From an uncultured delta proteobacterium (GTDB lineage: Bacteria > Myxococcota_A > Polyangia > Fen-1088), in contig CAVTRY010000015.1 of the NCBI GenBank assembly GCA_963737265.1, forward strand, positions 64,001 to 128,000: a DNA stretch of 64,000 nt, in the 5' to 3' direction. Positions within the stretch are counted from its first letter, which is position 1; each line of letters begins with the position of its first letter. Positions 1-10,569 of this stretch are shown here, one piece after another. Below the pieces are notes generated by a model that saw nothing but the letters and a program-made list of their open reading frames with translations, had not been told where the DNA came from and made no database searches. Both the position numbers and the translations under genes were made by a program.

Positions 1-156
1 GGCTCCGGGGATCTCGTTGTTCATCTCAAGCTGGTGGTTCCCAAATCCCTGTCGGCCGAACAGGAACAGGCGCTGCGTGTCTTTGCCAGCGCGGGCGGCG
101 ACCAGATCGAGCCGCCCGGCGAGCGCAGCAGCTTCTGGCGCAAGAAGCGCAAGTAA
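1..156 (+). CDS. dnaJ: Molecular chaperone DnaJ, C-terminal end (partial, runs off window start)
   Basis: Frame 1 reads GSGDLVVHLKLVVPKSLSAEQEQALRVFASAGGDQIEPPGERSSFWRKKRK*, the typical DnaJ C-terminal GDL..V.VP..LS.EQ..L motif; not in the ORF track because it has no start. Confidence 0.8.
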   Translation, partial: GSGDLVVHLKLVVPKSLSAEQEQALRVFASAGGDQIEPPGERSSFWRKKRK

Positions 157-240
157 ATCGTCGCTATTTCTTCTTTGCGTTATTCGTTGGCGTAGCGCTC
201 GTGGCGGGGCTCGTCGGCTTTTTCCCGTCGGGCTTCGTGA
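84..240. repeat. 157-bp direct repeat, left copy (dnaJ 3' end plus copy of slt 3' end)
   Basis: Ungapped match to 10667-10823 with 7 mismatches by manual alignment. Confidence 0.95.
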
Positions 241-310
241 ATCAGCCCGCGCGATCCGCGCACGAGCTGGATATGGACTTTAGGTGCCGCATGGCCTTTA
301 ACGCCGCCCG

Positions 311-625
311 ATGGCAACCCCCTCGGCTCAAGCGACCCTGCTGTCGCGGGAAACGGTTTCGCGGGTGTCGGGCGAGAAGGTGCGGGCCATTCGCTGGGGC
401 TTTCCCGATTCGCGCGGAATGCTGTCGCCTCTCTCGGGCCAGCGCGTGCTGTTTGGTCGTGGTGACGATTGCCACGTGAACCTGCCCGGCAAGGAGATTT
501 CGCGCCACCACGCCGAGATCCGCCGGGCTGCTCGCCGTCAACACGCCGTGGCCGACGTCCACCCGTCGACCTGGACGTCCACCTGGACCATGGAAAATCG
601 TCGCAGCGGCCCGGCGCTTGGTTGA
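311..625 (+). pseudogene. Truncated FHA-domain protein (N-terminus of a probable FHA sigma-54 regulator)
   Basis: LFGRGDDCHVNLPGKEISRHHAEIRR is the FHA GR..C...L....SR.HA motif; the domain breaks off at ~530. Confidence 0.7.
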
Positions 626-760
626 CTGGCTCCCTGCTCCGGCTTGAGTAACCGATGAAACCTGCCGATTCTCGCGATCCGCGGCGCCAACCGGTTATTC
701 GCGCGCCGGTCGGCGCCGCCGTCAGGAAGGGCACGGGACCTGCAAAGGAGAACGGGCGAG

Positions 761-1646
761 ATGCGAAACTTAAAGATTAGCTTTTGGGTGGTCCTCCTCG
801 GAATCTCGGCGGCCGACTTCGCGCGGGCCGATGAATCGCTGTCCGCCCCCGGCCAGGTCACTCAGGATGGTGGCGCAACGCCGGTTGGCCCCGATGCGGG
901 CGTCGATCGACCGCGTGACCTCGCGCCCGGCGATACCGCCTCGGCGCCCGGCGATACCGCCTCGGCCCCCGCCGATGCCGGGCTCGCAGATCCGGGCGAC
1001 GTGGTTGTCCACCCGGACGCCGGACTGGACACGGAAATTCCGCCCGAGCAGCTGGCCAAGCCCATCGTCGCGGGAGGTCCCGCCGAGCGGGCGCAGGACG
1101 TGCCGGTCATAGCGGCGCGGGCGGCGACGGTTTCGTCGGCCGGCTTGCCCCTGCTTGGCGTGATGGTCGACATCGGCGTGCCGGACGGGCTCATGGCCTC
1201 GCTGGTGGCGCGCCCGTGGCGCTGGATGCGCGTCTCGGCGGGCGGCGGCACCAACAGCATCAGCAATGGCTGGCGCGCCGGCATAAGCCTGCTGCCCTTT
1301 GCCGCCGGTCCCTCGGCCAGCCTCGAATACGGCCGCTATCAGGACGGCGATGCCAACGCCTTGGCCAAGAAATTCGTTGGCGGCAATTTCAACGGCAGCC
1401 CGGCTCTCGACCGGGTCGGCTATGAGTTCATGAACGCGCACCTCGGCCTGGATTTCGGTTCGCGCAACGTCGTCTTCTTCCTTCACGGCGGTGTGACCAT
1501 GCTGCGTGGCCGAGATCCACAACCTCAATGCCGCGATTGCCGGGGCGGGCGGCACGGCCCCGACCGAGGTGGTGGTGCGCCAGGATCCGAATTTCAAGGC
1601 CGTGGGGCCGTCGTTCAAGTTGGGTTTGCTTTGTTACATCTGGTGA
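761..1646 (+). CDS. Secreted/outer-membrane beta-barrel-like protein (frameshift ~1510)
   Basis: Signal peptide, Pro/Ala linker with an APGDTAS x2 21-bp repeat, amphipathic strands; alternate frame continues IHNLNAAIAG...PSFKLGLLCYIW* with a terminal aromatic residue. Confidence 0.6.
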
Positions 1647-1655
1647 GGTCAGGCG

Positions 1656-2189
1656 ATGAAACTGCGACTGCTCTGTAATCTTGTGCTGCTGGCCGCGTCC
1701 TTTGGCGCGTGCACGCCGTCGTTCGACGCGGATTTGCCCGGGGTCGAGATCACTCAGCGCGGAGTGAAGGTGCCGGCCGCGCCCGCGTCGCCGTCCGGTG
1801 GCGAGGTCGCGGTGTCGGGGAGGTTCACGCTGTCGTCGTCCGATGCCGCCTGGACCAAGCACATGAATCGCTCGGTTCAGGTCCACAGGCTGATCATCGC
1901 CCCGGGCGGGGCTCTGCCCAGCCTCGACTTCATCGCGTCCGCTCACGTGACCGTCGCCCCCAGCTCGAGCCCGGGAAACGCAACCACGATCTTGGACTAC
2001 GAGCACACCGCCGATGCACCGGTTGCTTCAGTCATCCAGGTCGACATGCCCGCCCCCATCGACATCACTACCGCCTGGACTGCCGACGCGACGGTCGTCG
2101 AGCTCGACGTCGCCGGACAACTGCCCGTCGAGGACTGGACCATCGATGTGACGCTCGAGCTGTCGGGCAAGATTGCGTACAAATACTGA
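1656..2189 (+). CDS. Hypothetical lipoprotein
   Basis: Lipobox-like LAASFGAC; GAGG RBS; directly follows the upstream gene. Confidence 0.7.
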   Translation: MKLRLLCNLVLLAASFGACTPSFDADLPGVEITQRGVKVPAAPASPSGGEVAVSGRFTLSSSDAAWTKHMNRSVQVHRLIIAPGGALPSLDFIASAHVTVAPSSSPGNATTILDYEHTADAPVASVIQVDMPAPIDITTAWTADATVVELDVAGQLPVEDWTIDVTLELSGKIAYKY

Positions 2190-2412
2190 AGAACTGTCCA
2201 AAAATTGGACAGTTCTTCAGCAGCCGAGCCAAGGGCTCGGCCGCAGGTGGGGTGAAGTCCGCGAATTTACTTCGCGGACGAGGGGAGGGCAGCGGCCCTC
2301 CCTTCAAAAATCTTCAAGACGGGTCCATTTATGGACACGTCTTGACCCCTAACACGTTCGGCCCGACTACCGAACAGGGGGCGCGGCTGTCGGCCGGCGA
2401 CTGTCCAGCCGC
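2186..2412. other. Array of seven consecutive stem-loops (structured RNA, REP/MITE-like element or operator array)
   Basis: Stems: 2186-2201/2205-2220 (16 bp perfect); 2223-30/2234-41; 2257-65/2271-79; 2283-90/2295-2302; 2314-28/2331-45 (1 mismatch); 2346-61/2370-80 (bulged); 2383-89/2406-12. Confidence 0.75.
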
Positions 2413-2611
2413 ACCCTGGAAATGGCGGCCATGGTGGTGGGCCTGGCGGCGACGGCCTCGCCAATCCTCGGTCGGCGGTAAGCGACCGGCACAGGCGCTC
2501 GAAGTCGGCGCCGCGGCACGCGGTCCGCGTTTGCCCATCGTGCGTAGCGGTCGGGATTTGTACAAGCGGGCTTCAACAACGGCCCTGTCCTGGGTTAGTC
2601 TGCTTTGGCCC

Positions 2612-4153
2612 ATGTCTGATGACGAATCTCTAACGCTGTCCCGGTCAAAGTCATCGAGAATTTCTGCCCGGTTTGTTGGTGCGACCACAAAACGCACGCG
2701 CAACGGAGACCTTCGGTGGGTTGCTCAGGCTACCATCAACGGGGCTCACCTCGTATTTGGGACCTGGGCCACCGCCAAAGAGGCGGCCATCGCCTTTGAT
2801 CGGGCAGTGCTCTACTACCGAGGGCCAGAAGCGCCACGCAATTTCCCTGAACGGCGGGACTTGCTTCCCGCCGACGCCAAGCAACTACTGGAAGAAGCCC
2901 ATCGCGCCGCCAAGAAGAGACTGGAGATCCCCTACGACGGCGTCAGTAGAGCCAACGGGGAGCACTGGATCGCCAAACTGCGCGTGGATGGCCTGCCGAG
3001 GTTGCTGGGAACCTGGCCAACCGCGGAAGCCGCGGCCATCGCGTACGATCGAGCAGTCCTGACCTACTACGGCAAGACGGCTCGGCGGAACTTTCCCGAG
3101 CGGCGGCTCAAGCCCGCAGATATCGAGCAATTGCAGGCCGAGGCTCAGCAAGCGAGGGGAGTGCGCGCCAAGAGTGGGTATCTCGGTGTCTCCCCTACGC
3201 GGAGTGGGCCGAACAAGTCCTGGAAGGCTACCATTCGAATCGAGGGTAAGTACGAGCGGCTGGGTATTTGGGCTAGCGCCAAGGAAGCGGCCGAGGCCTA
3301 CGATCGAGCCGTGCTCGCGGTTCGCGGGAAAAAGGCTGCTCGGAACTTTCCCGAACGACGATTGCACCCAACCGACGCCGCGCAACTGCGGGCAGAAGCT
3401 CATCATTTGAACAGGTCTCGTATGAGCAGCCAACACTATGGTGTTGGCCTTACGATGGGTGGCTGGAAGGCGATGATCGGAAGTCACTTCCTCGGAAATT
3501 GGCAGAGCGAGGAAAAGGCAGCCGAGGCATGTGACCGAGCCATGCTGTTCTTAGGTGTCCCCACGGAGAAGCTGAACTTCCCGTCTCGTCCTCCTGTACC
3601 GGCCAGCCCATCGGATCTACGGCTGGAGGCTCGTCAAGACAGAAAGAGATGCAGCAATGCCTACACCAGTCACTATCTTGGCGTGTCCTACAACCCCGCC
3701 AATGGGGAGCGTTCATGGCAGGCGACGCTGTGGCGCGGTGGCAAGCAGCGGAACCTGGGCCATTGGAAAAGTGAAGCTGACGCGGCAAGGGTGCATGACC
3801 GAGCCGTCCGCTACTTCATGCCGGGAAAACTGCCTCTCAACTTTCCCGACGAAGACAATCCGCCAGCGAACGCGGCCACTCTTCGCGCCGAGGCCTTTCG
3901 CGAAGGCAGGGCTAGATACAGCTCCTCTTTTCGCGGGGTGCACTATGAAGAAGCAAATCGATGCTGGATAGCAACGATTACCCATCGCTATTCGCACATC
4001 TGGCTTGGGCGATTTGCCAACGAACACAAAGCTGCCCTTGCCTTCGATAAGAAGGCCATCGAGCTACGCGGTCCGGAAGCGCGTCTCAACTTCGACCCGC
4101 GGACAGGCAAGCGGATCTGGGGACAGCGAGTGCGCGAACTGAGGAGCCGCTGA
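2612..4153 (+). CDS. Six-AP2-domain DNA-binding protein (513 aa)
   Basis: Six units of [FY]xGV...W.A.I....LG.[WF].....AA.A[YF]DRA....G..A..NFP; NF codons at 2840, 3089, 3344, 3575, 3839, 4088. ATG 2612 is the likely start within ORF 1709..4153. Confidence 0.88.
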   Translation: MSDDESLTLSRSKSSRISARFVGATTKRTRNGDLRWVAQATINGAHLVFGTWATAKEAAIAFDRAVLYYRGPEAPRNFPERRDLLPADAKQLLEEAHRAAKKRLEIPYDGVSRANGEHWIAKLRVDGLPRLLGTWPTAEAAAIAYDRAVLTYYGKTARRNFPERRLKPADIEQLQAEAQQARGVRAKSGYLGVSPTRSGPNKSWKATIRIEGKYERLGIWASAKEAAEAYDRAVLAVRGKKAARNFPERRLHPTDAAQLRAEAHHLNRSRMSSQHYGVGLTMGGWKAMIGSHFLGNWQSEEKAAEACDRAMLFLGVPTEKLNFPSRPPVPASPSDLRLEARQDRKRCSNAYTSHYLGVSYNPANGERSWQATLWRGGKQRNLGHWKSEADAARVHDRAVRYFMPGKLPLNFPDEDNPPANAATLRAEAFREGRARYSSSFRGVHYEEANRCWIATITHRYSHIWLGRFANEHKAALAFDKKAIELRGPEARLNFDPRTGKRIWGQRVRELRSR

Positions 4154-4254
4154 GCATTCGGCTCATAGTTGCCGGCGGCTAAGCCCGCCGCTCCGGCGAA
4201 GAAAAAGAAGTGAACGCTCGCGGCCCAACAACTTCATCTGAAAGGACTTTACGC

Positions 4255-4632
4255 ATGAGTAATGGAACCGCCGCCTTTGTCATCGTTGCTGCAATCGGGT
4301 TCGCCTGCTCCCACCTGCAACAGAAGCCACCGACCGTCGCGCCACAGCAGGCGCCCGCTCCGAGACGGACTGCCGCGAGCACGTCCCCGACCACTGTGGC
4401 GAACGGCAGCTCTGCATCCGATCTCGATGCGTCGACATCAGGCCCGGTCTCCCCGAGTGCAGTACGGCGCGCATCCATTTCGATTTCAACCAAGCTGACA
4501 TCCACCCGGACGAGACAGCGAAACTCCAGCGCATGGGACGTTGTTTGAAGGCCGACCATGCGCTTCACGTTACTATTGAGGGCAACGCACACGAGCGGGA
4601 ACCGAGGACTGGAACCTCGCACTCGGCGACGT
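4255..4632 (+). pseudogene. Degraded OmpA/Pal-family peptidoglycan-binding lipoprotein
   Basis: Lipobox IGFAC; shifted frames read IHFDFNQADIHPDETAKLQRMGRCLKADHALHVTIEGNAHER/TEDWNLALGD (OmpA_C motif); multiple frameshifts and truncation. Confidence 0.75.
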
Positions 4633-5175
4633 GCCGAAGAGCCCGAGGATAATGACCAACCCGGTTGCGGCGCGGATAAGGCGCTCAGCAAGCAGCACCG
4701 GCCGAAGATCGGACTGAAAGCGGTCGTTGATAATTGCCTGGGTGTCAACACTGGCCGCTACCCCGAAAAGCAGAAGGGTCGAGGAAACGGTTAGCCAGGA
4801 ATGGGTTCTGCCAGAGTGACTTTCTGATTGCATGCTCGAAACGCGGCAGCAAGCGACGTGCCACGGTCAGAACATGGGTCGGAGTCGAGATCGCCAGCCT
4901 TCACACCGAGGCAATTCGCCACGCGTGGCAAGTTGTCACGTGGCGACCGGCGAGATTCCGAGTTTTCGCGGTCGTTTCCATGCGGAGAGGGTGGCATACG
5001 CCTTGCTGACTGGGGTGCTCATGCGTTCGAGATTCGATTGCCCGCCAGTCATCGGATTGGGGGCGTCTCGAACGCCGGAATCAACTGCCCTCGAACTTCC
5101 CCATCCATCGCGGCCTCTTTTTCGCGTCGGCATCTTTCCACGTCGGGCACATCATCCGGGTAGGATGGCCGGGCC

Positions 5176-6687
5176 ATGAAACTCGCGGCCAAGCTAACCG
5201 CCTTCATCCTGGCCGCCATGCTTTTGGTTTTCGCCGTGCGCGGCTATCAGGCCGCGCGCCGGCAGATGGTGAACGCCGAGACCAGGGCGCGTGAGAACTC
5301 GCTCTTGCTTGGACGCGCGTTGCGCCCGGCCCTGGCCGAAATTTGGAGCCAGGAGGGGCCGGCGTTGGCCTTGGAAATGCTCTCCTATGCGGCGGATCGC
5401 GTGCGCCGAACCCAACAGCTCGATTTGCGTTTCGTGCGCACCTCCTCTGGCAAGGGGACCGGGGTACAGCCGCTTGTGCGCCCAGAGCAGCTGGCAGGTC
5501 TCGATGTGGACGACGAGCGGGTTTTTGTCGAGAAAGTGGCCGGGAATGAGACCCTGCTCACCTACTTGCCCGTGGTCGTTGGCAATCAGCAAGTGGGCGC
5601 GCTGGAGGTTTCTGGCCCGCTCACCGAGCGTGACAACGAGTTTCGGGCCGAGATCATGCAAATCTTGGGGCGCACTGCACTGGCGGCACTGGCTGCCTTC
5701 ATTGCTGTTGGGGTTGCTGGTATCTTCTTCGTGGGGCGCCCCATGCGATTGCTCGTGGCCAAGGCGAGACGGATAGGTGCCGGGGATCTTTCCCAGCCTC
5801 TTGAGCTCAAGCAAAGAGACGAGGTCGGCGAGCTTGCGGCCGAAATCAATCAGATGTGCGAGCGGCTGGCGGCGGCCCAGGCGCGGGTCGAAGAGGAAAC
5901 CAACCAACGAATAGCGACGGCCGAGCAGCTTCGCCACGCCGATCGGTTGACCACGGTTGGTAAGTTGGCTTCGGGTGTGGCGCACGAGCTGGGCACGCCT
6001 CTCAACGTGGTTTCCGGCCGCGCCAAGATGATCACGCGCGGCCAGGTCACGGGCGCCGAGCTGGTCGAAAGCGCACAAGCCATTGTCGACCAAGCCGACC
6101 GCATGACCAACATCATCAAGCAACTGCTGGGATTCGCCCGACGACGCCAACCCCAACGTCGGAAAGAGAGCCTTCGGGGCGTGGTGGATCGTACCCTGGC
6201 GCTGCTCCACCCGATGGCGCAAAAGTCGGATCTATTGCTTTCAAAACCAATCACAGCCGAACCAGAACCCTTCGCAGAGATCGACGTTGGTCTCATCGAG
6301 CAAGCCCTGACCAACCTGGTCGTCAACGCCATTCAGGCCATGCCCAAAGGCGGCGTCCTCACCATTCACTCCTGCGAAGAGGTTGTCTCGCCGCCCGTGG
6401 GCGTGCCCGCCACCGCAGGCGGGTATGCTTGCCTACATGTCGAGGACACTGGCGGCGGCATGACCAGCGAGCAGCTTCGCCATGCCTTCGAGCCCTTCTT
6501 CACTACCAAAGAAGTGGGCAGCGGGACTGGCCTCGGACTTTCGGTCGCCCACGGTATCGTTCGCGATCACGGCGGCTGGATCGCCGCGACCAGCGCGGTA
6601 GACAAGGGAAGCCGCTTCTCGATGTATCTGCCCTCGATTCACAAACCGGAAACACCTAATGAACAAGTCGATTCTGATCGTGGATGA
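5176..6687 (+). CDS. Membrane sensor histidine kinase (HAMP-HisKA-HATPase)
   Basis: Two TM segments, HAMP, H-box VAHELGTPLN, N-box NLVVNAIQA, FEPFFTTK, GTGLGL. Confidence 0.95.
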   Translation: MKLAAKLTAFILAAMLLVFAVRGYQAARRQMVNAETRARENSLLLGRALRPALAEIWSQEGPALALEMLSYAADRVRRTQQLDLRFVRTSSGKGTGVQPLVRPEQLAGLDVDDERVFVEKVAGNETLLTYLPVVVGNQQVGALEVSGPLTERDNEFRAEIMQILGRTALAALAAFIAVGVAGIFFVGRPMRLLVAKARRIGAGDLSQPLELKQRDEVGELAAEINQMCERLAAAQARVEEETNQRIATAEQLRHADRLTTVGKLASGVAHELGTPLNVVSGRAKMITRGQVTGAELVESAQAIVDQADRMTNIIKQLLGFARRRQPQRRKESLRGVVDRTLALLHPMAQKSDLLLSKPITAEPEPFAEIDVGLIEQALTNLVVNAIQAMPKGGVLTIHSCEEVVSPPVGVPATAGGYACLHVEDTGGGMTSEQLRHAFEPFFTTKEVGSGTGLGLSVAHGIVRDHGGWIAATSAVDKGSRFSMYLPSIHKPETPNEQVDSDRG

Positions 6688-8021
6688 CGACGCGGCCCTG
6701 TGCCGGCTGGTCGTCGATGGCCTCGGTCGCGAGGGATTCGAGGTGCGCAGCGCGACCTCGCCCGAGGAGGCTCTGGCCGCCATGGCGAGCGGCGATTTCG
6801 ATGCGGCGTTGGTCGACATCAACATGCCCCAGATGAACGGATTGGACTTGAGTCGCCGCCTCTTGGATCAGCGGCCGGACTTGCCCATCGTCGTCATCAC
6901 GGCGTTCGGCTGCCTGGAGACGGCTATCGCCGCCATCCGCGCCGGGGCATACGATTTCGTCACCAAGCCATTCGAGATCGAACAGCTCGTGGTGGCAGCC
7001 GACCGCGCCTGCCAGACCCACAAGCTTCGCGAGGAGGTCCGCCGGTTGCGCGAGGTGGTGATGTCTCCGCCGCCGTTCGCCGACATCCTCGGCGAATCGG
7101 CCGAAATTCGCCGGCTGTGCCACGTCATCGACGCCGTCGCGCAAACGGATTCCACGGTGTTGGTGACGGGCGAAAGCGGCACGGGCAAAGAGCTCGTGGC
7201 CCGTGCCCTGCACGAACGCGGTCCGCGCAAGGCGGGGCCATTCGTGGCCATGAACTGCGCGGCCATGACCGACACGTTGCTCGAGAGCGAGCTCTTCGGC
7301 CATGCCCGTGGCGCTTTTACGGATGCCAAGGACACCCGCGTCGGTCTCTTCGTGAAGGCGGGCACGGGAACACTTTTCCTCGACGAGATCGGCGACATGC
7401 CCGCGGGCATGCAAGCCAAAATGCTGCGCGCCCTCGAAACGCGCATGGTGCGCCCGGTGGGCAGCGACAGCGAAGTTCCCTTTCGGGCCCGGATTGTCGC
7501 CGCCACCAACCGGGATCTGGAGAGCGAAGTCGAAGACGGGCATTTCAGGCAAGACCTATACTTTCGGGTCAACGTCATCCGCATCCCGGTCCCGTCTTTG
7601 CGTTCGCGCGGGGGTGACATCTTGATCCTGGCGCAAAACTTCGCGCTCAAGTTGGCCAAGCGTCTAGACAAGAAGGTAACCGGCATTTCTGTGCCTGCGG
7701 CGGAGCGGTTGCTCGCGTACCCATGGCCAGGCAACGTGCGCGAGCTTCAGAACGCCATCGAGCGCTCCGTGGCAATGACACGTTTTGAGGTGATCGTCGT
7801 CGAGGATTTGCCCGAGACCGTGCGCAGCTACCGACGATCGCCCCTGCTACCATCGGGCGAGGACACCTCCGACTTCTTGCCCATGCACGAGGTCGAAAAG
7901 CGCTACATCCTGCGGGTTCTCGATGCCAGTGGCTGGAAACAAGACTTCCGCCGCGCAGATCCTAGGTTTCGATCGCCGCACCATGTATCGCAAGCTAGAG
8001 CGTTTCGACAAAAGCAAGTAG
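6659..8021 (+). CDS. Sigma-54-dependent response regulator, NtrC family (frameshift ~7930)
   Basis: REC domain, [24 protein letters not shown]; Fis HTH GNKTSAAQILGFDRRTMYRKL in the shifted frame, stop at 8019-8021. Confidence 0.92.
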
Positions 8022-8429
8022 TCGCACTTTGGCAGTCCCTCTCGCAGGCCTCGCGCGATAATCTCGCCAGGGGCCGAATGTTCGCATGCTCCAGTGATGG
8101 CCTCGAACATGGCTCCTGCGATCAGTACAAGCTGCCAGCAGCCGTTTCCGTCCGACGCGCCACGGTGCCCGGCGCGCTGCATTGCGCTGGGTCCATCTCG
8201 TCGCGTGCGTCGGTCGGGCCTGCGTGGGCGATGAACAAGTGGTCGGCTTGGCGTAGACGGCGAGGTGTGCGAAGTCGCCCAGGCCGGCGATCTTGTTGCG
8301 AACAATCGGCGCCAACGGGTGAGGCGTGTCGCGCGTAGATCGCTCGCAGACCGGCCCATGCCTTTTGTTTCCGGTTTGGTCATGCTGCTTTCGCCTCCTG
8401 GCTAGTCGCCTGCGTGACAAAGCAACTGA

Positions 8430-9010
8430 ACGTCCAGCACAACGGCTTTTTGTTACGCATGTTCCAGCGCGCGCCAAATGTCATATGTGTGCCGCAAGCT
8501 CGTGGTCGAGCGGAAACTCTTGCGTCGCAAGCAGCGGCGTCAAAGCACCCGGAAGTGTGACTCTATCTGATTGACCCACGAGGCGTGTAGTGGAGGTGGA
8601 AGCGCCCGCCGTGGCGCTAGTTGAATTGCTACCAGCGCTCACCTTTTTTGGATGTTGAGACTGTCGAGCGTGCTGTGGGTATCACCTAATGGGTTATCGC
8701 GCGGCCACCGCGACCATGTGCCGTTCTATGTACCCCCTTCCGCGTAGGGCTGCATGCGGCAACGACCTCGCCGGTCTCCACGTTGACCGTCGACAGCAGC
8801 GACTGCGTGCCGTGACGGATGGATGTACTCGAACTTCTGGAGCGCCAGGCGCCCGGGGTAAGAAGGCCGGTCGGGGTGGGTGCCTGCGCTCAAGACCGCC
8901 TGCATGCCCGGCTTCTCGTCGAAGCTCACCACGATGCTGCCTGGTGGCGGCTGATCGAGGCAGCCGGGCCGCGCCCAAGCATGCGTTCTGCGCCAGCTCG
9001 GAAGGCGACG
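8430..9010 (-). mobile_element. IS630-family transposase remnant
   Basis: Fragments IVVSFDEKPGMQA, ERRHP, FEYIH, GRFHLHYTP and WVNQIE across several frames; heavily decayed; boundaries approximate. Confidence 0.8.
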
Positions 9011-9144
9011 AAGGTGCGGTAGCGGATGCAAAAGTGCATAGCGGTCGAATCGTCAGTGGCGTGGGACGATTGGGGCTGGGCGGCAATAGGTGGTTGCGGG
9101 ACAACATAGTGCTCGCCGAACCTCTCGCAGAGATCGGCGAGACA

Positions 9145-9696
9145 TCAGAAGGATCCGTGCAGAACCGTGCCCATGAAACCCGGGCTGGTGGCGGGAAGAA
9201 GCGTCAGCGACGACGCGGCTTTGTGATTTTGCCTATATGCCAAGTAGTAGAGGAACGCGCCGCCTGCCAGGCAGGCCGTGCCGACGCCATAGCCGACCCA
9301 GGCGAAGGTTACGTAGGTCGGTCGCGTAGACGCTTCACCCTGGTGAAATGTTGGTGAAGTCTGCAGATCGCTGGCCAAGCTGTTGGCTTTCAAATTCAGG
9401 AGTATGCCCGTGGTGATGCTGGCCACGCCCACGGCCGTGGCCACGATGGTCCCGGTGCGCATCCCGGAGCGAGACGTAGCAGGCGCTGCGGACATGGTTT
9501 GGCCAGCCTGTGTCGGTTGCGCAGGCGCCGCGGTCGTTGGCTGCGCGGAGGGCATCGCCGGGTTCGAAGTTTCCGCGGTTGCCTTCTGGGTTCCGAGCAC
9601 GAATAGCAGGGCAAGTGCAAGAAATCGCACGATGTAGCGAGGCACAGGTAGCGCCAGTGCGCGCGCTGGTCGGTTCGGCCAGCAGAATGAATGCAT
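9145..9696 (-). CDS. Hypothetical membrane protein (C-terminal module of myxobacterial TPR/PEGA-type proteins)
   Basis: Signal-like N-terminus and two hydrophobic segments; clearly similar to the C-terminal half of 28626..29438 (AVGVA.I.TG....KAN.L; YGVG.A....GA.LY; G.F end). Confidence 0.6.
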   Translation of the reverse strand: MHSFCWPNRPARALALPVPRYIVRFLALALLFVLGTQKATAETSNPAMPSAQPTTAAPAQPTQAGQTMSAAPATSRSGMRTGTIVATAVGVASITTGILLNLKANSLASDLQTSPTFHQGEASTRPTYVTFAWVGYGVGTACLAGGAFLYYLAYRQNHKAASSLTLLPATSPGFMGTVLHGSF

Positions 9697-10064
9697 GACA
9701 GCAGTTTCTCCTCAAAAACAGTCGGAAGGCAAGAAGTACCTTTCGTCTTTCGTACACCCAACCCTGCTGTGTGTGCAGACCTTTCGCACAAACACGTACG
9801 CAAGAGCGGCATGCCCAATATCATTGAGGTTTTGGCTGGCCAGGTGAGCTATGAGGGGTGATGCTTTGGCAATGCTTGACACCTCCCCGACCGCCTCACT
9901 GACGCGCTGCGCGTACGACCACCGTCTCTGGAATCAAGTCGTTGAAGATGCGCAGGACTTGGCCGAGTAATTGCCCATCGAAGGCCAACGGAAATCTCAG
10001 CGAGAAGGGCAGCGTAACTAGGGCCTGCCCGCCCTGCCCCTGCCCCACGCGGCTTCGCCGCGCC

Positions 10065-10436
10065 CGTCGCAAATTGTCGGATAGGCACTTCGGGCAGCAG
10101 GTGGTCGACCAGAGTCAGGGCGCCCGCGTTCATGCGTCTGCCGCCGCAGCTCGGACAGAATCCGCGACCTTTACAGGACCAAGCGACCGCATACCGCTCG
10201 TGGCAGGTCTTGCACAAAAGTTGTGCGAAGCCTCGCGCGAGGATTCCACGGCCTTGGAAGTCGTGTAGCTCGTCGGTGACGAAGCTGGGCAGCGTGCGGC
10301 CGTCGGACTTGTCGGTCCACTCTTGCTCGAAGGTCAGAAGGTGCTGCTGGAGCACCTGGAAAAGGGCAGTCTTTTCCGGCTCCCGGCGGGCATAGGTGTA
10401 ACCGGTCGCAGGTTTTGCGCATGCCGCTGCTTCCAC
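10065..10436 (-). mobile_element. IS91-family (rolling-circle) transposase, N-terminal zinc-binding fragment
   Basis: YARREPEKTALFQV...GILARGFA..CKTC...SCKGRGFCPSCGGRRM...LVDHLLPEVPIRQF; truncated before the HUH/Y2 catalytic domain. Confidence 0.88.
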
Positions 10437-10569
10437 GAAGGAGGATGTCGGTCAGCAGGTCGTGGAAGTTGCTTGCAGCCGGGGCCGGCTTCCACCCAGC
10501 GCGGGCGTCTCGGTGGATTTCTACTCGGCCGTCGTCAATCCGACCCTCCCCTCAACGGCAGCATCACGT

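Noticed and set aside
551-590. GACGTCCACC/GACCTGGAC short repeats
   Set aside because: Only two or three degenerate units; low-complexity intergenic repeat with no further structure.
2186-2412. Hairpin array as a CRISPR array or attC cassette array
   Set aside because: The stems differ in sequence, there is no repeat-spacer periodicity, and no cas or integron-integrase gene is in the window.
1709-2611. N-terminal 301 aa of the 814-aa ORF
   Set aside because: Overlaps the lipoprotein gene in another frame and runs through the hairpin array; AP2 similarity starts only after ATG 2612.
8022-8338. Apparent C-terminal extension of the sigma-54 regulator
   Set aside because: Artefact of the ~7930 frameshift; the real HTH ends at 8021.
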